A stretch of 38,077 nt of DNA, taken from IMG/VR virus record IMGVR_UViG_3300020059_000004, positions 1 to 38,077 of that record; one strand, written 5' to 3'. The notes under the pieces were generated by a model. It searched no databases. It saw only the letters and a list, made by a program, of their open reading frames with translations, and had not been told where the DNA came from. This document shows positions 15,330 to 24,364 of this stretch, piece after piece. The first letter of the stretch is position 1. Every line of letters begins with the position of its first letter. A program made the translations under genes and the position numbers. Source of the DNA: a virus. Taxonomy: Duplodnaviria; Caudoviricetes.

Positions 15330-16298
15330 TCAATTGTAATTGTAGGATTGCTTGCGATACATCTCTCTTCGTTCCTTTTCTGCAAATCGTTCAACCTCAT
15401 CAATATAGCCGCTTTCGAGGCGTTCCCGAGAAAGCCGTTGAAGGGCTTGCTTTTGTTCGGTAGACAGTTGTGACTTTAACCATTGCCCTTGTTCATAGCT
15501 ACTCAAACCACTAGGCATTGTTTGTTGCTTTGGTTGTTCTTTTTTCTGCAAGGCAACTTCAGCAGATCGTGCCAACACATAGGCTATCTTCTCTTCCTTG
15601 GTCATGTTGGGGTCATATCCGGGCAAGCTTGATGCTGATGATGGTGGTTTTTCTATTTGGCAAGTTTGTGATGCTTGGAATCCGGCACTCTGATCTAATT
15701 GCTTAGTTCCTAATAAAGCTTTGCTCTTAATATGTAGCTCATAATTCAAACTGGCAAGATTAGTTGCTTCTGATTTAACTGGTTGTTGTACAGATAGTAA
15801 TACTTTAATGTTGTGATATCTTCTGCCTGCATAAGGAGGAACTATCATCTTTTTTATGGGAGTCATCTTAAAGACGAGGGCGAATTCGGGTATTGTCGAG
15901 AGCTGTTCGCGAACTTTACGATCTCTGAAAGAGGAATGCAAAGCATACCGGCATGTCTTGGAGATATTCTTTTTATGTGACTTACGATGCTGGGATTCTA
16001 TAAGTCCCTGCTTCTTCCACTCATAAAGCCATCGCTTGCCAGAGCTTACCGTGGCTCCACCAAGAGAACCGATACTCGTTTGCGTAGGAGTAATATCCTT
16101 AAAGCGATTATCGTAATCAACTATTCCAGCAAATGATTTTCTTTCAGCGGGAGTTTTAGAAGCCCAATAAGTATATTGATCAGCGATTATTTCGGGATTT
16201 GCTTGACTTAAGTGTAGATATGCCATATTATTTATACATCCTTTCTGTATTAACGTTACATAAAGAGCATGAAATAAGCGTTTGTTATTCTCAAACAT
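15330..16298 (-). CDS. Putative replication initiator (N-terminal winged HTH)
   Basis: PTQTSIG...G.TVSSGKRWL..WKKQGLI..R......T..Y pattern; upstream of rusA. Confidence 0.55.
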   Translation of the reverse strand: MFENNKRLFHALYVTLIQKGCINNMAYLHLSQANPEIIADQYTYWASKTPAERKSFAGIVDYDNRFKDITPTQTSIGSLGGATVSSGKRWLYEWKKQGLIESQHRKSHKKNISKTCRYALHSSFRDRKVREQLSTIPEFALVFKMTPIKKMIVPPYAGRRYHNIKVLLSVQQPVKSEATNLASLNYELHIKSKALLGTKQLDQSAGFQASQTCQIEKPPSSASSLPGYDPNMTKEEKIAYVLARSAEVALQKKEQPKQQTMPSGLSSYEQGQWLKSQLSTEQKQALQRLSRERLESGYIDEVERFAEKERREMYRKQSYNYN

Positions 16299-16387
16299 TA
16301 TTTCAGACTGTAAGTGATTGAAAGATCATTTACTTAAACAGTCAAAAGCTAATCGGACGGCAAATCTTCATAGCTCTCGACGATTTC

Positions 16388-16427
16388 AAAAATTAGGCCC
16401 CGTGATTTAAGCGGGGTCTTTTTATTT
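16388..16427. terminator. Bidirectional terminator-like hairpin
   Basis: AAAAA-ttAGGCCCCG..CGGGGTCT-TTTTATTT. Confidence 0.65.
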
Positions 16428-16516
16428 CAACAGTACTAGCTTTGGCATAGCCATGCTTAGCGCAAAGAATATTACGCTTATTTCAGATTCCTGACAACCT
16501 TTTTCTTTTATATCTT

Positions 16517-16699
16517 TCAAGATAGTGAAATTTGACCAAGCAGTTTCTCTAAATCCTCTTTCTTATACAATCTATATTGATTGATGGGATGACGGTATGT
16601 CTTAAATTTACCAGCCTTTTCCCAATTCCTTAATGTATTAGCAGTGACTCCTAAAAATCTTGCCGCTTCTTTTATCATCATATAATCACCCATGTTCAT
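16517..16699 (-). CDS. MerR/excisionase-like HTH DNA-binding protein
   Basis: IKEAARFLGVTANTLRNWEKAGK....R..N.YRLY. Confidence 0.9.
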   Translation of the reverse strand: MNMGDYMMIKEAARFLGVTANTLRNWEKAGKFKTYRHPINQYRLYKKEDLEKLLGQISLS

Positions 16700-16713
16700 T
16701 CTTTATCCTTTTC

Positions 16714-16902
16714 TCATTTATAATGTTCTTCCATAGATGAAATCAATTCACGATCTTCAACATAAAACAAATTGCTTTCAATATTGCCATACCCATTCCA
16801 TATCAATTGACCAAATCTCAAGTCAGGGTTCTTTACCCAAACAGCATACAACCGATCAACTATCTCTCTTTTCTGCTCATCTGTTTTAGCTCGGTTATTC
16901 AT
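16714..16902 (-). CDS. Small protein with W...PDLRFGQL motif (YihD/DUF1040-like)
   Basis: AAGGA SD; motif recognition. Confidence 0.65.
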   Translation of the reverse strand: MNNRAKTDEQKREIVDRLYAVWVKNPDLRFGQLIWNGYGNIESNLFYVEDRELISSMEEHYK

Positions 16903-16918
16903 TATCTATCCTTCTTTC

Positions 16919-16973
16919 TTGACTTGTTTGTATTTGTAGATTAATATTGTAGATATATGTTTAATTAAGTCAA
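16919..16973. promoter_or_regulatory. Overlapping divergent sigma70-like promoters
   Basis: Plus TTGACT-17-TAATAT (16919-16947); minus TTGACT-16-TACAAT (16973-16946); at strand switch. Confidence 0.65.
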
Positions 16974-16988
16974 CCGAAAGATGAACAG

Positions 16989-17216
16989 ATGAAACAATAC
17001 CGCTTAAAAATAACCTGGTCTAATGGGGATAGTGAGTATGTGGGGCCAAAAATTACATCAATCGCATCTCACCTTGAAGAAAGATTGCAACACATGGCCG
17101 AAACAATAAAAGCAGGCAATCTATATTTGATTGATCCTCTTAATTCATACAATCTATCCTACATTCGCAAGTTTGAATTCGAAGAAGTCCACCAAGAAAG
17201 ATCGGAGAAATTCTAA
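16989..17216 (+). CDS. Hypothetical protein
   Basis: First ORF of rightward operon. Confidence 0.65.
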   Translation: MKQYRLKITWSNGDSEYVGPKITSIASHLEERLQHMAETIKAGNLYLIDPLNSYNLSYIRKFEFEEVHQERSEKF

Positions 17217-17342
17217 ATGAATGAATGGATTGAAATTATATTCGATATAATTCCCCTATTTCTACTAGGGTTTTTCTTGGGAAAAATTACCCGTGTACTT
17301 GAAGAAATAGAACACAATACCAGAATGAAGGATAACAAATGA
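17217..17342 (+). CDS. Small membrane protein (41 aa), not in ORF track
   Basis: GGAG SD; MNEWIEIIFDIIPLFLLGFFLGK; ATGA coupling. Confidence 0.6.
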   Translation: MNEWIEIIFDIIPLFLLGFFLGKITRVLEEIEHNTRMKDNK

Positions 17343-17659
17343 AACTATTCGCACTATTACTGCTACCGTCTTTTATGTACGCAGCAGCACCAAAACAGCC
17401 ATCTTTTAAATACACCCCAGAACTCCTTAAAGCACTCAAGCCACCATTAGTGGCACAGCAGTATACGCTTAAGTCTAAGGCTCAAACACCTTGTCATAAA
17501 CCTCATCCTCCGCTTGTAGCTGTTCCCGAAATGCGCTCACCCCGCAAGAAGTATAGAAGGCTCAGAGTTCCCAATAACTCAATTGATCTTGGTAATCACA
17601 AAGCACAGATTGTTCCACCATTTCCCGAAGTTGTTATTAAGTTTGAGGCATTGAAATGA
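17339..17659 (+). CDS. Hypothetical protein with signal peptide
   Basis: MKLFALLLLPSFMYAA; AAGGA SD. Confidence 0.65.
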   Translation: MKLFALLLLPSFMYAAAPKQPSFKYTPELLKALKPPLVAQQYTLKSKAQTPCHKPHPPLVAVPEMRSPRKKYRRLRVPNNSIDLGNHKAQIVPPFPEVVIKFEALK

Positions 17660-17796
17660 TGAATGGTATTCCCGAAGAACTGAACACATTCTTAGCCCGA
17701 TTCTTGATGGCTATCTTTGGCATGTTGGGCATTATGATGTTCTGTGTGTTTATGATTGGATTAAGATTGTTATGGCAATGGTGGAAATCAATATGA
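17656..17796 (+). CDS. Small membrane protein (46 aa), not in ORF track
   Basis: ATGA coupling at both ends; FLMAIFGMLGIMMFCVFMIGL. Confidence 0.6.
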   Translation: MMNGIPEELNTFLARFLMAIFGMLGIMMFCVFMIGLRLLWQWWKSI

Positions 17797-18098
17797 CCGA
17801 TAAACGATCCGGCCGATCGATAAAATGGCTGTGTGAAGAGCTCCGCAAGGGCATTGCTGATGAGATGGGTCAGATTGATATGTGGTACCCGCACCAGAAA
17901 TATAAGCAGGTACGTAGAATCATCAAGAGATTAAGACCAGCTCAATTCTTTGCCCCGGCATTAAAAGAAGCATTGGATTCATTGGAAGAGAGGATGGATG
18001 GAGATACCGGAACTGATAGTAGCATTGGAGCTGAAGCGAAAGATAAAAGCGGAAGACATAAAGGAACAAGAGAGATTGCTGGACATGATGAAGCATGA
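17793..18098 (+). CDS. Hypothetical protein
   Basis: ATGA coupling gives start MTDKR. Confidence 0.6.
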   Translation: MTDKRSGRSIKWLCEELRKGIADEMGQIDMWYPHQKYKQVRRIIKRLRPAQFFAPALKEALDSLEERMDGDTGTDSSIGAEAKDKSGRHKGTREIAGHDEA

Positions 18099-18184
18099 CT
18101 TTGATATGCAAGGCCATACAATCGATAAAGTAAAACTAGTCACTTACAAGGAGGCTATTTAGCCGACTACTTACAAGGAATAAC

Positions 18185-18799
18185 ATGGAAGATGAAACAT
18201 TCAGACTCCCACGAACAACAAACTTAAACGAAGCATTATGTGCAGCCCAGAATCAAATGAGCTCAGCAGTTGAAGGTGGCTATAATCCCCACTTCAAATC
18301 AAGCTTTGCAACATTGACTGATTTAATCAATGCTTCAAGGCCAGCATTAACCGCTAATGGGTTAAGTGTCACACAATACCCAGAATCGGACGGAGAGCAC
18401 ACGTATTTAGTTACTATGTTGTTACACTCCTCGGGTGATTCAATTCGCTCGCGGGTCAAAATGGTGCTTGATAAGCCATCAGATGTGCAGAGCTTTGGTA
18501 AGACGATGACATACCTCAAGCGATATGTGTATGCAGCCATAGTTGGCATAACCATTTCAGAAGGTGAAGATGATGATGGCAATTCAAATGCGGGCTATAT
18601 CAACCCGGGACAAAACGTCACGACTCCTGGTTCAGATTGTATATCACTCAAGCAATTGAGAATGCTCGAATCTAAACTTCACATGAAGCCGGGCGCCGAA
18701 GATGAGTTGATCAAGAAATATGGATCACTCGATAAGATATCATGGAAGAAGTTCAATGATATCTTGGCTTGGATTGATCCATCAATGAAGAAAGATTAA
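18185..18799 (+). CDS. erf: ERF family ssDNA-annealing protein (copy 1)
   Basis: L.EAL..AQ..NPHFKSSFATL..RPAL..NGL.VTQ..TMLLHSSG..QSFGKTMTYLKRY..EDDDGN. Confidence 0.92.
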   Translation: MEDETFRLPRTTNLNEALCAAQNQMSSAVEGGYNPHFKSSFATLTDLINASRPALTANGLSVTQYPESDGEHTYLVTMLLHSSGDSIRSRVKMVLDKPSDVQSFGKTMTYLKRYVYAAIVGITISEGEDDDGNSNAGYINPGQNVTTPGSDCISLKQLRMLESKLHMKPGAEDELIKKYGSLDKISWKKFNDILAWIDPSMKKD

Positions 18800-18878
18800 T
18801 GGTGACTTGATTGGGATAACGGAGACGAGAGACTCATAGTGAATACTAAACATTTTATGCGAATACGATTGGATTGAT

Positions 18879-19145
18879 ATGAAATCATTTCCAGAAATAG
18901 ACAATTGTTATAATTGCAATGAATCATATAACGTTCCCACTGATCCAGAAGGCAATTTAGAAACTGAGGGTTCAGGTTCTTACTTATGCCAAAGATGTAG
19001 AAATAATCCCAATATAAAAATGCAAGATTATATGGCTGAAATTAAGTGCAGCGCCCCAAGTTGTTCAAGAACTTTTTGGAGGGCTAAGAAATATTCTCAT
19101 TTAAGCAAAGAATGCCTAAATTGTTGCCTATATAGGAGAGATTAA
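18879..19145 (+). CDS. Cys-rich Zn-binding hypothetical protein
   Basis: Four CxxC/CxxxxC pairs; TAATG coupling to next gene. Confidence 0.65.
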   Translation: MKSFPEIDNCYNCNESYNVPTDPEGNLETEGSGSYLCQRCRNNPNIKMQDYMAEIKCSAPSCSRTFWRAKKYSHLSKECLNCCLYRRD

Positions 19146-19930
19146 TGATGGACAAAATAGAATACGCAGAATTGCATGGATTGATGAAGGATTTGTATTC
19201 GCGCGTTGATGAAGCATTCTTTCAGTTTAGGCAAGAATTAAGGGAGACTAAAGTCACCAGCAAGGCATTGTTATATGAAGCTCTTGCCAAAGCAAAGCTG
19301 GAGTACAAGACTGTCAGATTTAACCGAACGAATTCTTTCAACAAGCAAGTATATGCTGATCTTGATATAATCCAACGCTCCACCAATGTGGCATTGTCCA
19401 ATAACGGGTTGACGTTCATCCAAGTTCCCGTTGATGTTGATGGTACTACGTTCTTGGATTCCATATTGGGCCATGCCAGCGGGCAAGAATTGAGCTACCG
19501 CAATCGTTTAATCATTCCGGGATACACAGGCGCCAAAAGCGATAACCAACGGTATGGAGAAAGTTTGGCGTACTTAAAGCGGCAAGTTGCTCAATGCATG
19601 CTTGGTGTTGTTGCGTGTAACGATGAAGAAGATAACGATGATGCGGATGCTTCTGAAGTGCAATTCAATGCTCAATCGCGTAAGGCAATAGCGGGAGATG
19701 AGAGCAAGGCGACCGTCGATCAAGGAATCTTGAGCGAGAAGATCACCAAAGATCAGCTTGAAGATCTGTATGCTGAGCTGGAAGATTATCCCGTGATGAC
19801 TAAAGCGCTCCTGAGAGGATTGGATTTAGCACAACTTGCTGATTTACCAAAAGCAAAATATCATCAAGAGATTCGTAGGATACGCGAGCAGAAGATGATG
19901 TTGCGTGATAAGCCTCAGAAGGACTGGTAA
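19145..19930 (+). CDS. erf: ERF family ssDNA-annealing protein (copy 2, divergent)
   Basis: LYEALAKA..N.F..YADL..AL.NNGL.FIQ..LGHASGQ..QRYGESLAYLKRQ..EDNDD. Confidence 0.85.
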   Translation: MMDKIEYAELHGLMKDLYSRVDEAFFQFRQELRETKVTSKALLYEALAKAKLEYKTVRFNRTNSFNKQVYADLDIIQRSTNVALSNNGLTFIQVPVDVDGTTFLDSILGHASGQELSYRNRLIIPGYTGAKSDNQRYGESLAYLKRQVAQCMLGVVACNDEEDNDDADASEVQFNAQSRKAIAGDESKATVDQGILSEKITKDQLEDLYAELEDYPVMTKALLRGLDLAQLADLPKAKYHQEIRRIREQKMMLRDKPQKDW

Positions 19931-20106
19931 TGATAACTCACGATAGAGATTTTAGTAAAAGATACCTCAAACTGCTCAATGAAATATTCAATCAATATGG
20001 GATATATTTAAAATATGAGCAAGTGAAACTCGTTGACCAAGACGGTAAAGATATTAATAAGGATAGTAATGATAAAAAAGATGATGACAGCGCCATGCTC
20101 ACTTAA
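19930..20106 (+). CDS. Small hypothetical protein (58 aa), not in ORF track
   Basis: TAATG coupling, AAGGA SD. Confidence 0.55.
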   Translation: MITHDRDFSKRYLKLLNEIFNQYGIYLKYEQVKLVDQDGKDINKDSNDKKDDDSAMLT

Positions 20107-20284
20107 TATTGAACCATATTTAACTGAGTGGCATGCTGATCTTGAGAGTGGCATGGAGATATGGATTCAGACAAGTGAAGATCAAGAGAATCCTAAGTGG
20201 GTGAGGTTGGGTTATCTTTATGAAAAATCGGTTATGGCAGATAAACCATCATTAGATATCAGGGATTGGATAGCCACTCTTTAA
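20033..20284 (+). CDS. Hypothetical protein (true start probably later Met)
   Basis: Last ORF of rightward operon. Confidence 0.55.
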   Translation: MTKTVKILIRIVMIKKMMTAPCSLNIEPYLTEWHADLESGMEIWIQTSEDQENPKWVRLGYLYEKSVMADKPSLDIRDWIATL

Positions 20285-20495
20285 TCTTAAATATATTCTT
20301 ATATCCAATATTGCCACCCATCATGAATGCTCTAAAGCTGGTATAGGGTATGCCAATATTCTTTGCCAGCATGAGCATTGAATATTCAGAATCTTTATAT
20401 TTAACTATCAGCTCTGATCGTAATATATCTTTCTCATCTTTTAATTGCTGCAAATTGCGTACCATAGCTCTCCTTAAATGTTTTGTTTCGTGCAT
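20259..20495 (-). CDS. Small HTH (XRE-like) regulator
   Basis: SMLMLAKNIGIPYTSFRAFM.G......I.KI..WL pattern. Confidence 0.65.
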   Translation of the reverse strand: MHETKHLRRAMVRNLQQLKDEKDILRSELIVKYKDSEYSMLMLAKNIGIPYTSFRAFMMGGNIGYKNIFKIKEWLSNP

Positions 20496-20507
20496 ACTCT
20501 ATCTTAT

Positions 20508-20560
20508 TTGTCGTAATTGTCTATATTTGATGTTGACATTGTCGGTTTTGTCGGTAATGT
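20508..20560 (+). promoter_or_regulatory. Promoter (TTGACA 20533-20538) with TTGTC(GGT) direct repeats
   Basis: TTGTCGGT at 20539 and 20548, TTGTCGT at 20508, TTGTC at 20517, between divergent genes. Confidence 0.55.
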
Positions 20561-20609
20561 TATTTGGGTAAGCATTCTTAAAACCACGCATTTCCCTGAA
20601 AGGTAAATC

Positions 20610-21077
20610 ATGCGTAAATTATTATTGTTGTTGTTTGTTTCAGTATCTATGTTGGGTTCATTGAGGGCACCCGAGTCTCTGGGTAAAGTGAAGGTGGTGA
20701 ACACTCCTTCTGGATTTGGAGTCGCTAAAGGAAACCAGATACATATTGTTCAGCCAGATTGTATGGACACTATGCTGCGAAATTTGACATTTAAGCAACG
20801 TAATATGTATCTCCTCAAAGGTGGATCATTTGAACTCAATCAAGCCAACACGGGCGAATATACCATCAAGTCAGTTGCCAACCTTAAAGGTGGTGGCCCG
20901 ATTGCGGGGTGGATAGCTTGGGCCTTAGTAATGGCTCCTGGCATGGCTATCATTGCTATTGTTAAAAAATGTGATAAATCAGGAAATGCTCCTACAGGAG
21001 AAATGTTTGAGAATCTAAAAAGTATTGCTAATGTAGTAAAATCATTTGGCGATACATGTCCTCTTCCTGCTCATTAG
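20610..21077 (+). CDS. Secreted/membrane protein with LKGG-GP motif
   Basis: Signal peptide MRKLLLLLFVSVSMLG; hydrophobic helix after LKGGG. Confidence 0.75.
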   Translation: MRKLLLLLFVSVSMLGSLRAPESLGKVKVVNTPSGFGVAKGNQIHIVQPDCMDTMLRNLTFKQRNMYLLKGGSFELNQANTGEYTIKSVANLKGGGPIAGWIAWALVMAPGMAIIAIVKKCDKSGNAPTGEMFENLKSIANVVKSFGDTCPLPAH

Positions 21078-21091
21078 TAGTGGAGTAAATT

Positions 21092-21295
21092 ATGAACGCA
21101 CTCATACAAGCATTCTTAAATCAACTCGCGGGATTTGCCTTGATGGCTATTCTGCATGTGTGTTATTTCTATCAAGGAAGTACTGAACATCTCAATCCAT
21201 TGAAAAGTAAAGTAGATTTGATTCTCTTTATAGTGATTTGGTTTGGGCTCGGAACGTATTTTACTTGGCTGTTTAACTGGGGTGTTTTTGCATAA
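21092..21295 (+). CDS. Small two-TM membrane protein
   Basis: GGAG SD; two hydrophobic segments. Confidence 0.7.
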   Translation: MNALIQAFLNQLAGFALMAILHVCYFYQGSTEHLNPLKSKVDLILFIVIWFGLGTYFTWLFNWGVFA

Positions 21296-21323
21296 AAATA
21301 TATTCCTTCAGAGGGTATGATTG

Positions 21324-21369
21324 TCCCACCGTGCACTGCTTAAAAGAACACACGGTGGGATTTTTTTTT
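21324..21369 (+). terminator. Rho-independent terminator
   Basis: TCCCACCGTG..CACGGTGGGA followed by T9. Confidence 0.8.
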
Positions 21370-23007
21370 CTAATGGCATCTCAAATTGGATTCTTCCAAA
21401 AGACGAATGCGATTCAATAAGTCAGTATTGATTGCTTGTAACTCACCAATAAGCTTGCAATGCTTCTGAAATTCATTGAGTAATAATGGGGTCAATTGAT
21501 CGTAGCGTACCGTTTCAGGTATACCATCTTTATCATATACCACCAATCGCGGTGCAAGTACTGCTACTTCTTCAGCTATAAGACCGTAATTCTTATGTTC
21601 AGGCGCATGTTTCTTGTAATTGAATACTACGGGACGCATCTTAAGCAATACGTTGCTCTCTGAGCCAATATCATCGATGTTTTCCTTAAAGCGAGCTGAT
21701 GATGAAACGGTTCCGAGTTGTCCCGTTGAAGAAATTAATACCGCTATAGCGTCTGCTGCATCGGTAGTTATACCACGAATACCCGCTATAAATGATTTAT
21801 TAACTTGTCCATTACCCGAACCACTAGTTCCAATGCGCATAATATTAGATTCTGCAGCAACTCCAGAATTCATTATTAAAATGTTAGATGATTCTGCCCC
21901 GGTATATGAAGTGCCTGTCCCATTTCCTCCAACAGCACAATTATAAGAGCCAGTTAATATACTAAAAAGGACATTTTCTCCCCAACCCGTATTATGGGAA
22001 CCGGTAGTTAAATTGCGAAGACTTTGAAAGCCACCGGCTGAATTTACGCTACCAGTCGTGCAGTTATCCAAACTTAAGTTTCCAAAAGCACAATTGGTAG
22101 TTCCGGTAGTATTATTTCGTAATGCTCCCCACCCAACCGCCGTATGTGCTCCGCCCGTAGTTAAACTCGAAAGAACATTTGGCCCTAATCCTACTGAAGT
22201 TCCAGCTGATGCATTCATGGTAAGATTACCGGAACCTGATCCAATAATTACACTACTATTAGCATCAGTGACATTCAAAAGAACATCATTAGTTGATCCC
22301 GAAAAGAAAACCGATGAACCCGCATTGAGTGCCGCATTATTGGCCCATATTCTAAGAACTCCTACATTTGGTGTAGCAGTTCCTGAATCGGTAGGGAATG
22401 AACTTGCAATTGCTCCAGATGGAGTTACAGTCAAAGTACTTGTCCCAGGGTTACCTACAATAGTAATTACCCCAGTTCCCACCACATTAATATTTCCCGC
22501 AGTTGGACTGACCGCTCCTCCACTATTACCCGTTAGAGTTGTTACTGTTCCTACAGAAGCTGAAGCCCATATAGGATCAGCACCCGTTTGAGCAGTAAGT
22601 ACTTGTCCTGTTGTTCCATTAGCAAGTGAATTAATAGAACCAGTAGCGTTGCCCAAAAGAACTGAGTGATTGGTGGTTCCCGATACGTTAACAATTGGAT
22701 TAGCAGCTGTTCCAGTTATGGTGATATTATTACCACCAGATACTGATAAAACAGTACCGCTACCAAAATCCACCCAAGTTGCTTGGCCACCTACTAAAGC
22801 AACAAGCATCCATATATTAGATGCTGTAGGCAATACATTGGGATATCCGGTTGTATCAAGCCAGAGATTTCCTAGATACATATTTTTAGAATCATTAGCC
22901 GTAGGTGGTCTCGGTTTAGTGACAAAATCCGGCGGCTGAACCGCATTAGCTCCTATATAGGATAGAGGCTCTAAGCCGTTCAGTCGTTGATTAATATTGA
23001 ATGACAT
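21370..23007 (-). CDS. Tail fibre/spike with C-terminal peptidase S74 intramolecular chaperone
   Basis: NTTG.N.A.G..L beta-roll repeats; SSARFKENI..RPV.FNYK..YGLIAEEV..VRYDQL + coiled coil. Confidence 0.9.
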   Translation of the reverse strand: MSFNINQRLNGLEPLSYIGANAVQPPDFVTKPRPPTANDSKNMYLGNLWLDTTGYPNVLPTASNIWMLVALVGGQATWVDFGSGTVLSVSGGNNITITGTAANPIVNVSGTTNHSVLLGNATGSINSLANGTTGQVLTAQTGADPIWASASVGTVTTLTGNSGGAVSPTAGNINVVGTGVITIVGNPGTSTLTVTPSGAIASSFPTDSGTATPNVGVLRIWANNAALNAGSSVFFSGSTNDVLLNVTDANSSVIIGSGSGNLTMNASAGTSVGLGPNVLSSLTTGGAHTAVGWGALRNNTTGTTNCAFGNLSLDNCTTGSVNSAGGFQSLRNLTTGSHNTGWGENVLFSILTGSYNCAVGGNGTGTSYTGAESSNILIMNSGVAAESNIMRIGTSGSGNGQVNKSFIAGIRGITTDAADAIAVLISSTGQLGTVSSSARFKENIDDIGSESNVLLKMRPVVFNYKKHAPEHKNYGLIAEEVAVLAPRLVVYDKDGIPETVRYDQLTPLLLNEFQKHCKLIGELQAINTDLLNRIRLLEESNLRCH

Positions 23008-23016
23008 TATTACTCC

Positions 23017-24354
23017 TTAAATATATTCGGTAACGATAACGATTCCCGCAGTTCCGGCACCTCCACCTTGGGCAGCGCCACTATTACCACCCGCACCTCC
23101 TGCTCCTCCGCTACCATATAAAGAAGCAGCACTACCAGCAACAGATTGTCCTTGATAGGAAGTATTTTCTATTCCACCAGAACCATAATGAGAACTGCCA
23201 CCAGCACCACCTATAACAATTCCTATAGGTGTAACAAAGAATCCCCATCCGCCAAAACCTTTCATGCCTGTGACGTTTAAATCTCCAGAAGATCCAACAC
23301 CGCCACCACCGCCGGCCGTTATTACTTGCGCTCCTGAACCCGAAGAATTTCCTCCTACACCACCAGTCGCCGATAGTATCGCTCCTAATGATGTAGTTCC
23401 TCCCGTTCCCCCGGCACCGCCTGCTGTACCAGCAGCGCCTGCTGCTCCTATGGTTACGGTTTGAGAGGCACCGATTGTGGCAGCGGATGCTACTTTTCTA
23501 GCGTATCCACCAGATCCTCCGCCACCTCCCGCAGATACTTGAACAGCTGAATTTGCAGTTGAACTTGCACCACCACCGCCACCACCAACAACTTCAACAA
23601 TACAATATTTCATATTTGCTGTAGGGGTATAAGTTCCTGAGGAAGTAAATGTTTGGGAAGCTATAATTGTAAATGCGCTACCAGTTGAAGCTGCTTGAAA
23701 ACTGGGAGCAGTACCAGCAGCATTTGCAGTGAGTACGAATCCCGCTGTACCAGTAATCCTAGACACTACTCCTGTAGAACTTGTAATCAATGCGCCTTCA
23801 ACAAATCCACCAATCGTCATGCCACCAATTGGGGCATTAAGAACTAATGTTGCGCTTGCAGTTGTTGTGCCAACAGTTGTAGCATGAGCGTTGGCTGATG
23901 TACCAAAGTTAGCGCCCCCGGTTCCACTAGCGATGGTAGTTGTAGAGGTTAATGTCGTACTACCAATAGTGACTGTTCTTGTTCCCGCCGTTCCTATATT
24001 GACCGCAAAACTATTGGCGCCATCGCCAAGATTGAGTGTTCCGGCGGTTGAGTTTATGGATACGCCCGATGTTGCATCGAGAGTGGCCGTTCCGCCAGTA
24101 GAGTTCAATATAAGATTTCCTGATCCCGCCTGAATATTTGTCGCAGCAGAACCATTTGAAGTTCCCAGAAAGAGAAGATTATTCGCAGCTGAAAGCCCAA
24201 TGTTTATTGTTCTTCCGCTTGTTCCAGTACCTATGGTTATTGCTCCAGTAGCATTATCCGTGCCAATAGCGACTCCATTAGACCCGGAATTAAGTATTAT
24301 CTGATTATATGATGCCGTAATTTGATTTGACCAACAGTTTGTAGTCCCTGCCAT
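23017..24354 (-). CDS. Tail fibre-like protein with glycine-rich C-terminal domain
   Basis: I.IGT..R.I.IG repeats; QTFTSSGTYTP..VEVVGGGGGG..G.AGIVIVTEY; start MAGTT from AAAGGAG SD. Confidence 0.8.
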   Translation of the reverse strand: MAGTTNCWSNQITASYNQIILNSGSNGVAIGTDNATGAITIGTGTSGRTINIGLSAANNLLFLGTSNGSAATNIQAGSGNLILNSTGGTATLDATSGVSINSTAGTLNLGDGANSFAVNIGTAGTRTVTIGSTTLTSTTTIASGTGGANFGTSANAHATTVGTTTASATLVLNAPIGGMTIGGFVEGALITSSTGVVSRITGTAGFVLTANAAGTAPSFQAASTGSAFTIIASQTFTSSGTYTPTANMKYCIVEVVGGGGGGASSTANSAVQVSAGGGGGSGGYARKVASAATIGASQTVTIGAAGAAGTAGGAGGTGGTTSLGAILSATGGVGGNSSGSGAQVITAGGGGGVGSSGDLNVTGMKGFGGWGFFVTPIGIVIGGAGGSSHYGSGGIENTSYQGQSVAGSAASLYGSGGAGGAGGNSGAAQGGGAGTAGIVIVTEYI

Positions 24355-24364
24355 ATTCTCTCCT

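Noticed and set aside
15300-15400. Programmed -1 frameshift fusing the two replication ORFs
   Set aside because: No canonical slippery heptamer; downstream ORF has a plausible own start
18142-18179. ACTTACAAGGA duplicated before erf
   Set aside because: Short duplication of the ribosome-binding region; no evidence of further function
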